64,000 bases of DNA from Epiperipatus broadwayi (taxonomy: Eukaryota; Animalia; Onychophora): positions 15,376,001 through 15,440,000 of the forward strand of contig JAQFVV010000001.1 in assembly GCA_028023455.1 (NCBI GenBank). The letters are read 5' to 3'. A program made the position numbers and the translations under genes. How positions within the stretch are numbered: the stretch's first letter is position 1; every line of letters begins with the position of its first letter. The notes beneath the pieces were generated by a model that worked only from the letters and a program-made list of their open reading frames with translations, was not told the origin of the DNA and did not search any database. This document shows positions 26,431-38,346 of the stretch, one piece after another.

Positions 26431-26858
26431 AAAAATGAAAGACTAACATCATATAATAGTATTAGTTACTAGAATATTTTATTACAAATCTAATAAATCA
26501 GATCTTTTTATATCAAATCAATCACAGGTCCGGCCCAGAATCGTTATATGTATATGTTTTTGATTAGCATCAACGCCATCCCATGGCGAACACCAGGGAT
26601 GAGAAAATTACCAAATATTTTAAATAGATTATCTAATTTCTTAAATCCATAGGAGATGGATTAAATTTTGAACACTCCCATAATAGTAATAAACAAATAA
26701 TTATAGAGTAAAAAAAGGAGCAATTAACATCTCACATGCACATGTGTGGTTGGATATATTATAAACAACAATCTTTTTACATTCAAATTTTTGAAAACTG
26801 AATGTGAATTGCTTTTCTGTTTATCATAAAAGATTTTCAAAAATTTAAATAATAAAGT

Positions 26859-29180
26859 GAAACAGTATATTCCATCCCGCATAACTGCTTCACTTACTTT
26901 TCCTCACAGCTCTATCTGTGCTGGATTTAAACCTCCGAATACATGTATATAAGCGTTAACATGGTTATATAGGTATCCTCACATATATATGTGAACAAAA
27001 GACTGTGACCTTAGTTTATATATATATTATAGTAGTGTGTATATTTTATTTTGAAATAATATATTTTGTATTATATATTTTATTTTGTTAAAAAAAGTTG
27101 ATTTGTTATTTTACATTTAAAATTGTGTGTATATAGGTGTGGTTTACACATGACTGTGTTATATATAGAGTAATATTGTTAAAAGTTATAATGATTCTTA
27201 ATTTTAACTTTAAATAAGTCGTAAACAAAAGCCTCACTGGCCACATCTGTTTAACATAGTGTGATGAAGTAATTTATTAATGTATAACTTTAGTAAACAA
27301 AATTACTGAACTGAAATTATTGCAAAATCATTAGGGATTTAAAATGATCAAGTTTAAGTAAAAACAACCTGTTAAAAAATTAACAGGAGGGTTTAAATGA
27401 ATTAAGTTATAAAATTTCAGAAGATGCTAATTGATTCTCAAGAAGTAAATGATCTTGCTGACACTAAGGTGTTTTAATCTTTGAATCATATAAATAGGCC
27501 ATGCTCATTGCTGTAAATATTCTATTCTATAATTTTAAGAATCCATGCCAGTATTTACTCTGACATATCTGGCTAGGTGAACATAGGTTGGCTATTTCTC
27601 TGGTGGGAGATGGTGATCTTTATGGCATGATCATCATCATAGAAGAAAAACCTTCCAACAGCCTACCATAAGAAGACAAAAATCCAAAACAGCTATCCAA
27701 GAAAATGCCACTACGCCCACCATCTGATGTGCTTACATTACAAGCTACAATGAAGAAGATCGGTAGTATTCCTTTCAAAGACTGCAGAGCTCTATAATTT
27801 AATCTTTAAATCTGTAATTTTAATATTAACCTAGCTTATTTATCATAATGAATGTTCAATTCTTATTTCTTAAAACTCTGTTAAATTAAATAATTTATAA
27901 ACTATGTAAACTTGCCTGAATTCATCGTTATAATATTTATTTTATAAAGTGCAGACAGTATTGAAATTAAACTGAGAGTGCAAACGTCTCAAGCGCTTAA
28001 CCAATCAGATCGCAAATACTGAGACATAGAATTTAACAAGAAAAGAGTGGCTCCACTCTCTTCTGTACTTGTCTTTCTATATATCCAAGCCAGTCCAAAG
28101 TACTTAGATCTGAAAGCGTGAATCTTAAATATCTTCACACTCAACTCACTGAGTTCAAATTATAAACATACAGCGTGAAATCTTTCGATTTACTACACAG
28201 TAGTTTTTCGATGTTATAACTTGCAGCTATATATGTAAATAATATTTATTTTATAAAACGTAGACGGTATTGAAATTAAACTGAGAGTGCAAACCTCTCA
28301 AGCACTTAGCCAATCAGATTGCAAACACTGAGATTTCACGCTGTATGTTTGTAATTTGAACTCAGTGAGTTGAGTGGGAAGATATTTAAGTTTCACGCTT
28401 TCAGATCTAAGTACTTTGGACTGGCTTGGATATATAGAAAGACAAGTAAAGAACAGAGTGGAAACACTCTTTTTTTGTTAAATTCTCTGTCTCAGTATTT
28501 GCAATCTGATTGGCTAAGCGCTTGAGAGGTTTGCACTCTCTCAGTTTAATTTCAATACCATCTGCGCTTTATAAAATAAATATTATTTACATATATAGCT
28601 GCAAGTTATAACCTCGAAAAACTACTGCGTAGTAAATCGAAAGATTTCACGCTGTATGTTTGTAATTTGAACTCAGTGAGTTGAGTGTGAAGATATTTAA
28701 GATTCACGCTTTCAGATCTAAGTACTTTGGACTGGCTTGGATATATAGAAAGACAAGTAAAGAAGAGGGTGGAACCACTCTTTTCTTGTTAAATTCTCTG
28801 TCTTAGTATTTGCGATCTGATTGGCTAAGCGCTTGAGAGGTTTGCACTCTCTCAGTTTAATTTCATCTTTATAATGTAAAATAATATATTCTTCTAATCT
28901 ATAAATAACTGCAACCAGTTACGACTTAAATTTCTTAAAATTGCGATCATGCCTAGATTTATTGTTTTAACTATTTTATCTGAGTTTATATATGTTAGAA
29001 TATACCAATCTTTTGAAGCAGGGAATACTAATTGTTAATGAACTTTCAACGGAGATAATTAAAATATCCACTTTAAATATTTAAAAATGCTACTTTGCAT
29101 ATTAAATCGCTGTTTCAAAGTCCTATATTAATAGATAATAACTGATCACTATGTGTTTATTATATTATTGATTTTATAAA
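26859..29180. repeat. Right arm of the large inverted duplication (interrupted by the 27934-28861 insertion)
   Basis: Reverse complement of 22070-23517 on both sides of the insertion. Confidence 0.9.
27934..28861. mobile_element. Young non-coding multimer insertion: about 1.3 forward plus 1.7 inverted copies of a 309 bp unit
   Basis: Unit period 27931 to 28240. Inversion at about 28331 with aga microhomology. Duplication ttcatc(g/t)ttataat at 27921-27934 and 28862-28875. The left arm of the large inverted repeat has a single copy of that site. Confidence 0.9.
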
Positions 29181-29559
29181 TTGCATTATATTTTATGAGG
29201 GTTTGTTTAGTCAGTTATTATAACTTGATTTTTTGATATCCGTTAGTTAGAAGTAATGGGATAGCTAGAGATGATAATAAAGTATATTTATTAATGTTTA
29301 TTAATGCCTGTCAAATATATGTTCCCTCTTTAATTACGATTATATATGCAGATTCAGTATTTTAACTTAGGTTATAATTTAATTTAAGCCCTTTTTGTTA
29401 ACATAATTATAATGCTAGTTTAAGAACTGGATTGTGTTAGTTTGGCAGATAGAAGCTATCTATTTTTTAGGTGCAATTAATTAATTATATGTATACATAT
29501 TGGTCTTTTGTGTCTGTTGCATGTCTTTATAAAGTGCATATTTGTTCATTTATGCTTTG

Positions 29560-30600
29560 CTGCACCTTTTAAAATGGATTCACGATGACCAGCTGCCCCA
29601 TATCTTAGTTTGGATATGGCTATCTTTATTAGAACTGGAACAAGGCCCAGACCATGTTTATAAAGCCAATCCGAGTTCCTGAACTTATCTGTTCATATAT
29701 TAATTGCAGCAAACCATTCGGTTTCAGAACACCAAGCATTTGATGCTGAAACTCTTGAATAATTATTCATTTGCACCACATACTTATTTCTTAGTAATTT
29801 CTTTAGTGCCATACTATATATATATACAAATCTAAAAGTAACCAGTTCTTTTCCTCCTTATTAATTAACTATTCAGCATTAGACTGAAACTCAAATCTTG
29901 GTTACCAGGTTGCATTTGCATTATCTTGAGCTTATTTATTCACTCATACTGTTAGTATATATAACAACCATCTTATGTAGTCACCATCTCAGTTAGGCTA
30001 TTATCTTGTAACATTTGCAAACCATGCACAATAGATGGGCATATTAATGATTATAGGCATGATTTAATAACCGCATATACACCTATTTTAATGTTAAGAT
30101 GAGACTGCTGTATTGATAATAGTCTCATCCACTATGTTAACACCTGCATGCGTTGATCCCACATACTTAACACTATATAATCCTTGTCATTTTCTTTTAC
30201 TTAATTTTATGTTATTGTTTTAATAAATCTGTTTAAAATATAAAACTTATTTCACATCTTTCTTGCTCGTAGTTCTATTTCAATCCACCTTATCTTATTC
30301 CAAATTCCTTAATGATTTTACATGTCTAATATGCCTGGTTGTAGTTAAGTTAATTAGTATGAGAAGTAGTCTATCTCAACCCATTAAATTAATTGTTAGC
30401 CAGCACTGGAGTCTCATGTTTCTCCCTGTTTGGAGTTAGCTTGCAGATTGAATTAAGACCCATGGGTAACCTCAAAAATGTCATTCATAAGGTCTTAAAT
30501 CACAGAGTACTAGCAAATGAGTTGAAGCTTGATCAGATTTGAGACCTCACTATCTCATTTCAGCCAACTTTGGTTTACTTTGCCTGGACTCTGGATTTTG
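29560..30600 (-). pseudogene. Highly decayed RTE-like LINE 3' half
   Basis: Minus-strand remnants resembling GIRQG (ggaataagataaggtgg), YG.E.W and RWAGH (agatatggggcagctggtcatcgtg) in the expected order. Confidence 0.35.
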
Positions 30601-31341
30601 TTACATGAATGTATAAATCTGACTGTTACAAAAGAGATCAACTTCTTAACATAAGTTGCAAATTCTGCAAATATTAAAGAATAAAAAATAATAGATATAA
30701 GACATTTTTAAAGTTAAAAAAAACAACAACATTTATTTCTCACTAAAATATTTTTTTTGTTCAAAAATAATTTACATTTAAGTTCCATAATATTTAATAG
30801 AATATATATGAAAACAGGCAAAAACAATTGTTGCTTCAAAGAAGATGAAGATTTGAACTTGAAGAAACTATTGTCACATATATGGGGAAGTGTACTTTAT
30901 TTACAACTTATTGTTTGGGATACTAATAACACTCTAAATTAATGTCCTATAATTGGCAAATCAGAAAAATATTATACTGCTATATTTTATTTATAGTTTT
31001 TCTAGGTCAGAATTTGAGAGCATTTAAATACATATTAAATCATTCATTATTTTTTGAAAAACATTGTATTTCTTATTATTAAATATGATAGAAAAATGAG
31101 TTAGCAACATGGTTTTAGTAATCATTTTAAAGGCATGATTTACATTTTAGACTGCTTTTATTTTAATTGAAATTGGAATAATTATGAAAAATGACCCAAT
31201 AGTAATTAGTTAACAATAATATACAGAAAAATATTTTACAATAAATGCTTTTATTTATTATACCAATATTAAAAAGTTAAAAATAGATTTTTTTCTTCTT
31301 TTAAATAAATGCTTTTGTTTACTATGTGCTAAAATAGCAAG

Positions 31342-31530
31342 AAATATTTGTTTCTTCAACCACAGTCGTGGTTTTTAGATTTAACTTGAAATAAAAGCAT
31401 GAGAGGTCTATAAATTAAGACAATGCCTACTTTTATAACAAGAGATTGACTTGATTAATGTATGGACCCTCCCATGCTTTTATTATAAGTTAAATCTAAA
31501 AACCCCAATTGTGGTTGAAAACAAATATTT
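31342..31530. repeat. Fold-back MITE-like element, about 70 bp arms, bounded by aaatattt
   Basis: aaatatttgtttcttcaaccac...ataaaagcatgagaggtctata pairs with tatggaccctcccatgcttttat...gtggttgaaaacaaatattt. Confidence 0.8.
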
Positions 31531-32829
31531 AAAAAAATTTTTTTTTTTAATCTATTTATTTAAAATGCAGTAAATATCTTCACCTCACATTTTATTCCTT
31601 AAAGATAACTGTTAATAGTTCTTTCGCATTCATATCTTTACAAATCATTCTTATAAAAGTACAAACTGGAAGATGATGGGTGACAATTCTAATGGATAGT
31701 TGTATATCTTTAACTTTGGACATAATTTCATTTTTGTTCTTATGTGAGTCAAATAATGTATTGCTGCTTCTAGAAATGCTTTTTTCTTTTAATCATTTCT
31801 CCATTTGCAAAAGATTTCTTATGTTTTGTTTAACACATAACTTACATAAATAATACAATCGTAGCAACTTAGAATTAATAAGAGGTTTACTTCTTTTAAC
31901 TTTTGTTTGCATTAACAGAAAATCTTTATCAAAACTTGCATGATATATATATAACAACCATTTATTTCACATTTACCATTATGAGAAAAACTCATTCTGT
32001 ATTAAAATTGTATGTCTTTCTTTTCTTTGCACTTGTTTCAGACATTATACTATTTTAAATATAAATACTATTTTTTATATGATAAACTATCTATCACAAA
32101 AAACAATTATTAGCTTCATGACCAACTGAAGGTTATTCAACGATTTTCATTGCACCTTTGTGTTCAGCAGTGAATGTATCTGAGCTGATAAATTTGTAGT
32201 AAGATGTATGCATTTCAAATAAAGACATGTGTTGTCTGATACATTCACTGGCTAAGTTGCCTGACTAACATAGCTTCCTCTATTACGAAGAACCAAGTAA
32301 TGGCTCTATGAGTGCAAAAAAATCTATTTGTTTTGTATATAGTTATCTAATCTAGTGCACTTTAGTGTTGATTACTATTATTTTCTCTTAATTCTGGTAA
32401 TCACTCCAAAATTCCTTAGTGGTCCACTGGTTAACCACAATTAATAACTTTTCTATCCTGCTTTTTAAGAGGTGTCAATGCTTTATTTTTTCTTATATAT
32501 AAACTGTCAATTGGCAAGAGAATACTATAATAAAGCCAGTGGTTTATTTAAATAACAATAGTAGTACTTTACCATTGCCTTTATAATTTTAATGACTGTT
32601 CCCAAAATATTGGCATCATAATACTTACAATGACTCTTGAATAGTATACTAATGTTTTATTAAGTGAGAATATCTCATTTTTCCATCACTAGAAGCCACA
32701 ATATAGATTATTTGCTTTTCCCTGCCATTTAGTATCCATTGATTTTCCTAATTGCTTACATTGCACCTTCTGATACGGGAAAAGAAAAACCCATAATTGC
32801 ACTTGATGTAAACTGGAGAAGAAATCAAT

Positions 32830-33870
32830 GTATTTATAGTTGTATGTTAAACTATTTTCAATATCTAGTTGCATTCAGCTGTTACTAATAACAGACAAGT
32901 TAGTATAGAGCAGGGGTGTCCAACAAGTCGATCGTGATCCACCGATTGATCGCAGAGCCATTTTTGATCGATCGCGAGGCCAATCTGGCAAGAACTATCG
33001 GGTAACGAGAGAAACAAATTAAGTCAAGATTTTCAAGTTTTTTTGTTATTTTTGTTCTATTTTTTTTTCAATTCTAGATAGTTAAAGTCCACTAAGTCAT
33101 ATCATTACTGAAAATAATATTATTAATCTTGATTTAATGTAGCTAATTTGAATTAATAAATATTGTTACAAATTAATTACTCATGTTGCTTTAATTCCCC
33201 CGACATGAATTTTTTGGTCCATTAAATAATTATTTTTTACTAGGTAGATATATAAAAATGGCACGTATTTCACACCTCCTTCCTATGACAAGTCGATCAC
33301 CTAAGACAACAAGTCGATCGCAAAACATTTTGGCCACCCCTGGTATAGAGCATAACATCATGAATATATTATTGTCATTTTTTCTTCAGGTTTGCTGATT
33401 TAATTAGTGTCATTCTAGCATGGGAATTGAATCAATGACTTTTAGATTCATAAATGATAAATTTAAGATGACACTATAGGCAACTAGGCTATTCTTCTAA
33501 ACACAAAAATCCATAGATTTATATACTCATCTATGAGGCTTCTCCTGATTTCTTCATTTTTTTGTTTTTTAAAGGCAAGATTATTTCCAAACTTATTAAC
33601 CTTTCGTTAAAATGAAAGGGGTGGGGAATTAGGTAAAAAACATAATGAATAAATATCTAAAATTTATTTTAATCATCAGCTCATTTCCTATGCTAGATTG
33701 TCATTAGCCAGGTCAGCAACATCTAAAGAAGAGAGAACAATAATCTCCACGAAATGTGTTCTAATATACTAACAAACAGGTAAATATATTTGAAAAAGTA
33801 TAAAGTTTGAAGTTTTCTAAAACCATTTAACAATTCAATTAGATGACAGAAATAGTCTAAGTTATAATTA
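32830..33870. mobile_element. ORF-less head-to-head pair of PLE terminal repeats (locus C)
   Basis: 33500 back to 32830 (minus) and 33685-33870 (plus) align to the tRNA-like/hammerhead/tail unit of loci A and B (cctatgctag..ttgtca, cagcaac..CTGAAGA, tagatga..gaaatagt). Interrupted by the hAT MITE. Confidence 0.75.
32911..33342. mobile_element. hAT (Charlie-type) MITE, 432 bp
   Basis: TIRs caggggtgtccaa / ttggccacccctg, perfect 8-bp TSD gtatagag (32903-32910, 33343-33350), repeated gtcgatc(g/a) subterminal motifs. Confidence 0.95.
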
Positions 33871-34990
33871 CAAGTAAAATGCCATTAATACAAATCAACA
33901 GGCTAAAATCAATATATATATATTTATTGTTTTATAAATACTTAATTGCAAACTCATTGTGAAGAGAATTTTAGGAATCAATAATTCTAGTTTTCAATAA
34001 ATCATGTAATACCATAAGTGACAATATAGTATGTGATCAAGTATCTGTCTATTAACATTGTAAAATAATTTTTATTACTTGGCAGCAATATATTGAATGG
34101 TCAACTTTGTTTAAATCACTTTACATCACATTGATCAATGTTCAATCTTTTCAATGTACATACCAACTTGCCATATCACAAAGTAATGTATTTTCAATAA
34201 AAATCAATTATTTATTTGAGATGTTTGTTCTAATAATTTTATATATTTTGCTTATCATTAAAACACATGATAAATAGCACATATAACAAGACATATAACT
34301 TTATCATAGAAAGTGATGACAATTTATTTATTCTAAAGGAAAATATGTATTGCTTAACAAAACAATACATGTGTGATAATTCTTAGAAAAATGTATTATG
34401 GAGAGACATTTTCACACTAGTCCAAAAGCTTATTCTTTTTTAGATAATGAGTTAATAAAAAAAAAGTCACATAGTTGGCTTCTGAATCATTTTTGGATGA
34501 TTATAAAAAATAAAAATGAAATATTGGTAATTTAGTAAATACAATCTAATTAACAGCAAGAGCAATAGTGCCAATTAAATGAAATTATTACTACTGGAAT
34601 TAAATCAGGATTTAAAAAGAATATAAAATAATATTTTTTATTTTAAAATTAGACAAATCCATTTATATATATATATATCAGATATTTCTCAATTATACAT
34701 TATTGTAAAGATGGTTTTTCACCAATTTTTCTATGGTAAAGATGGTTTTCACCAATTTTGCTATGAAGAAAGAATTCCTCAAAATTCTATCTTTATAAAG
34801 ATGTAAAATATATTTGTATTTATATGTTGGACTATTTAATATGAGTATTGAATGACTTTTAGATGAATTTAACTTTATTTAAATATTCCAAATACATTAA
34901 ACTATTAGTAATAGCACACAGGTTAATATATGCACGTTTCAAGAGGTATTATTCTCCCATCTTTTTCAGGTGTTGCTGGCCCCTGACTAG

Positions 34991-35082
34991 TGACAGCACT
35001 AGCATGGAAATCGAACCTCGACCCTTAGGTTCTTGAGTATTGAATTTTAAGTAATGCTCTAACCAACTGAGACATTCTGCCA
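34991..35082 (-). ncRNA. tRNA-like module in PLE terminal repeat
   Basis: tggcagaatgtctcagttggttagagc...gaggttcgatttcc...tgtca: A-box/D-arm-like and B-box/T-arm-like parts with an enlarged anticodon region. Confidence 0.6.
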
Positions 35083-35474
35083 AAGGCAAGTCAGTAGAAA
35101 TTTCATGTACTTATCTATTAAGTTTCTTCTGATTTCTCCAAGTTTTTCTAAGAGCCAAGTTGATTGGATTGTTTGTCATTGTCATGTGAGCTGCTTCTTT
35201 AAATTTTCTTCTTTGTATCTTTTCTTCTCTATCCAATATTTTTGTATTTTCCCAATTGAACATAATTCATTGATACATACATGGTCAGCTACCTTAGACA
35301 TATCTGTTTTCTCTCTTCTAATCATCAGTTTGTGCTCTTGCAAGTGTTTTCAATGGGACAACTGGTCTCACCAATATACATTCTTCCACATTCACATGGT
35401 ATTTCATAGATGCAGTTTTTCTTTTCAGCATTTCAAGTTTAGGCTTTGTAGATGTTAAATTCCTTGTAACAAAA

Positions 35475-36410
35475 TCCAGGAATGGATATGGGCTCACCAT
35501 TGTTACCCCTGATTAGTTATATTTACTTGGAAAAACTTGAAACCACAGCCATAAAAAGTACTCCATATCCGCCACAAGTTTGGCTTTGCTATGTTGATAC
35601 ATTTGTTGTATCGCCACATGGTGAGCACTACTACAATTTTCTGGGAACACATCAACAGCATATCCCCTTTAATTAAATTCACAATAGAAGCAGAACAAGA
35701 ACAAAAATTAGCATTGTTAGATATTCTTTTGACAAGACTCCCTCATGGCAAAATCAAAACTACAGTTTAACAAAAACCCACACATATAGGAAAATACTTA
35801 GCTTATACATCCAATCACATCAGAAACACAAAACATGAAGTTATACTATCATTATGAAACAGAATAAAAGAAGTTTGTTCAGAAACTAATGATTTGAAAA
35901 AAGAAAAGATCTATATAGAACAAACTCTTATGAAAAATGGTTATTCATCAGTTGTTATTAAGAAAACCTTAAATACAGAATAAAAAAAAAACATCAAAAG
36001 AAAAAAACAATTATTGGTACTGTAGTGTATCTATATGTACCAAAAATACCAGACAAATTAAGGAAATTCCGCAAACAGTATAAAATCAGAACAGCTTTCC
36101 AGAGCCATACTACACTATGAAGAATTCTAACATCTACGAAGCCTAAATTTGAAATGCTGAAAAGAAAAAACTCCATCTATGAAATACCATGTGAATGTGG
36201 AAGAATGTATATTGGTGAGACCAGTTGTCACATTGAAAAATGCTTGCAAGAACACAAACTGATGATTAGAAGACAGGAAACAGATATGACTAAGGTAGCA
36301 GACCATGTATGTATCAATAAACATGTGTTCAATTGGAAAAATATAAAAATAATGGATAAAAAAAAAAGATATAAAGAAAAAGAAAATTTAAAGAAGCTGC
36401 TTACATGACA
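35475..36410 (+). pseudogene. PLE reverse transcriptase C-terminal half plus GIY-YIG endonuclease (disrupted)
   Basis: GMDMGSPLLP, WLCYVD-TF (one D codon lost), FLEHINSISP.IKFT.E.E, ALLDIL, KPTH..KYL, then IYEIPCECGRMYIGET...QEH...DHVCIN...FNWKNIKI. Several stops and frameshifts. Confidence 0.95.
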
Positions 36411-36551
36411 AGGCAAGCAATCCCATAAGCCAACCTAGTGTGATTATATATAATGTATGGAAACACTAATCAACTTTGCTCTTAGAAAAAAGTGGAGAAA
36501 TCAGGAATAACCTCATAGATAAGTATGTGAAATTTCTACTGACTGTTGCCT

Positions 36552-36645
36552 TGGGAAGGATGGTTCAGTTGGTTAGAGCATTACTTTAAAATTCAATACT
36601 CAAGAATCTATGGGTCTAGATTCAATTCCCATGCTAGTATTGTCA
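36552..36645 (+). ncRNA. tRNA-like module in PLE terminal repeat
   Basis: ggttcagttggttagagca...agattcaattccc...ttgtca, followed 10-15 nt later by the hammerhead remnant (36656-36697). Confidence 0.55.
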
Positions 36646-38346
36646 TTGGTCAGGGCAGCACCACCAAGAGAGGAGAATATTTCTTGAAATGTTGTGCATA
36701 TACTAACCTGTGTGCTATTGAATGTATTTGGAATATTTAAATAAAGTTAAATTTTTCTAAAAGACATTCAATACTCATATTAGATGATGGAAATAGTTCA
36801 ACATATAAATACAACTAAAACACCATTACCACAAACCTTCAGGAAAACATATGAAAAAAAAAATTAATTGTCAAACAATATTGAGGGAAAAATAATTTAC
36901 TGATAGAAAAGTTGATCACAATCACAACTGATGGCATGAATTTATTGCATTATGTAAACAAGATAATTCATTCACAAATTTTTTATCATATCACAGTATT
37001 GTCCACCAGGAGATATAACATGTAAAATAAATACTTTTTCAACATATGATACAAACAGAAATGAAAATTATAAGTTTGATAAGAGCTATGTCAATGTAAC
37101 AATGATTATAAAAATTATTTTTACATGAAGATATAAAATTGAATATTCTTGTTCACATGGAAGCACAATGATTTTAGTAAAGGAAAAGTATTTGAGAAGT
37201 TTTCAATTTTTATTTCAGGTGAATGAGTTTGTAATATACAGGAATGAATCTTGCTTACAGTCAGAAGATAAAACAGTTACTTAATCTTAGATTTCTTAAT
37301 GATTCACAAAAAAATTTAATAAATTAAATTTGAGATTGCAAGGTAGAAATCATCATATTTCTCAAATGATAACTGCAGTGAATTCATTCAAAGTTTTAAA
37401 TTGGCACTCATCTATTTAAACACAATTTAATATATTTTCAATATTTGAAAAATATTGATAAAAATTCCTACTGCTCACTTTGTGCAGTATTTTGATTTAC
37501 TTTGGAAAGATTTTAGTTTTAGATGTAAAGAATTCTATGAATTGGCTTCATTTATATTTTTTTTGTAAATTCTTTCACCTCTACAAATGAGGATGTGTCT
37601 CTTAATATTACAATTTATTTTCAAATTTGTAATGTGGAAGACTTAGAATTTGAAATTATAAAATCATGTCAAACTAACAAAACATTTTGGGAGTTTAGTA
37701 AATAAAAATAGCTATTGATTATTAAAAAAATGTGCTCTAACCAATATACTCTTCTGTGTTTTAACATTTTCATGTGAATATTTTAAAATATGAAGTATTT
37801 AAAATTAAGATACTGATCATGGTTTAGTGATTCTCATTTACACAACTATCTAAAATTAGAAAATGTCAGTTAAGTGCCAGATTAGAAATTCATTTACAAC
37901 ACCCCTCCCCAATCCTGCAAAATTAAAATGAAGGGTCTTTTTTCATAAGCCAGCCATTAGGGTGCCTGCAAATGTGAAAAGATTGTCCACTACTGATTAA
38001 TATATATTAATATTTAAGATTCTCCAAAACAATTCTGTTGGTATGTTAAATTCTAGTCTTAAAGCAATTTTTTTTAAAAAATAAAAACATCTCTGCCATC
38101 ACATGTATAAACAATTAAAATCAAATTTAGTTATAAAGGTAATTAGATAAAATATGATTTAAATAATAACATTTGATCATTATTGATGAAAATTTATCAC
38201 GGTTGCTAACCTCTCTTTAGAGTTGAATAATAAATTTGATTAAGGGTGACTCTATTCCACTTTTTCCAAAATGTGAACACCAAAGAGACAACCCAGAAAT
38301 ACATTGATGGTATAGTGTATTTGTACTGCCATGCATTATCAAGTGA

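Larger units (their letters stand above)
24388..26612 (+). mobile_element. Probable Merlin-superfamily DNA transposon (defective)
   Basis: 28-bp TIRs starting GG (24388-24415 versus 26585-26612, 24/28 match), 8-bp flanking duplication aaatattt (24380-24387, 26613-26620), a transposase N-terminal remnant and internal tandem repeats. Confidence 0.6.
34812..36853 (+). mobile_element. 5'-truncated Penelope-like element with inverted GIY-YIG/terminal copy (locus B)
   Basis: 34812-35462 is an inverted copy of about 36130-36813. RT and GIY-YIG remnants at 35475-36410. Confidence 0.95.

Noticed and set aside
27961-28080. Canonical hammerhead or Helitron terminus in the 309 bp unit
   Set aside because: No CTGANGA/GAAA pair on either strand; the hairpin is not followed by a CTRR end, and the insertion has a TSD, which Helitrons lack.
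32689-32874. Host exon with a strong acceptor (ttttcccgtatcag)
   Set aside because: Short unrecognised peptide that partly overlaps a PLE terminal-repeat tail.
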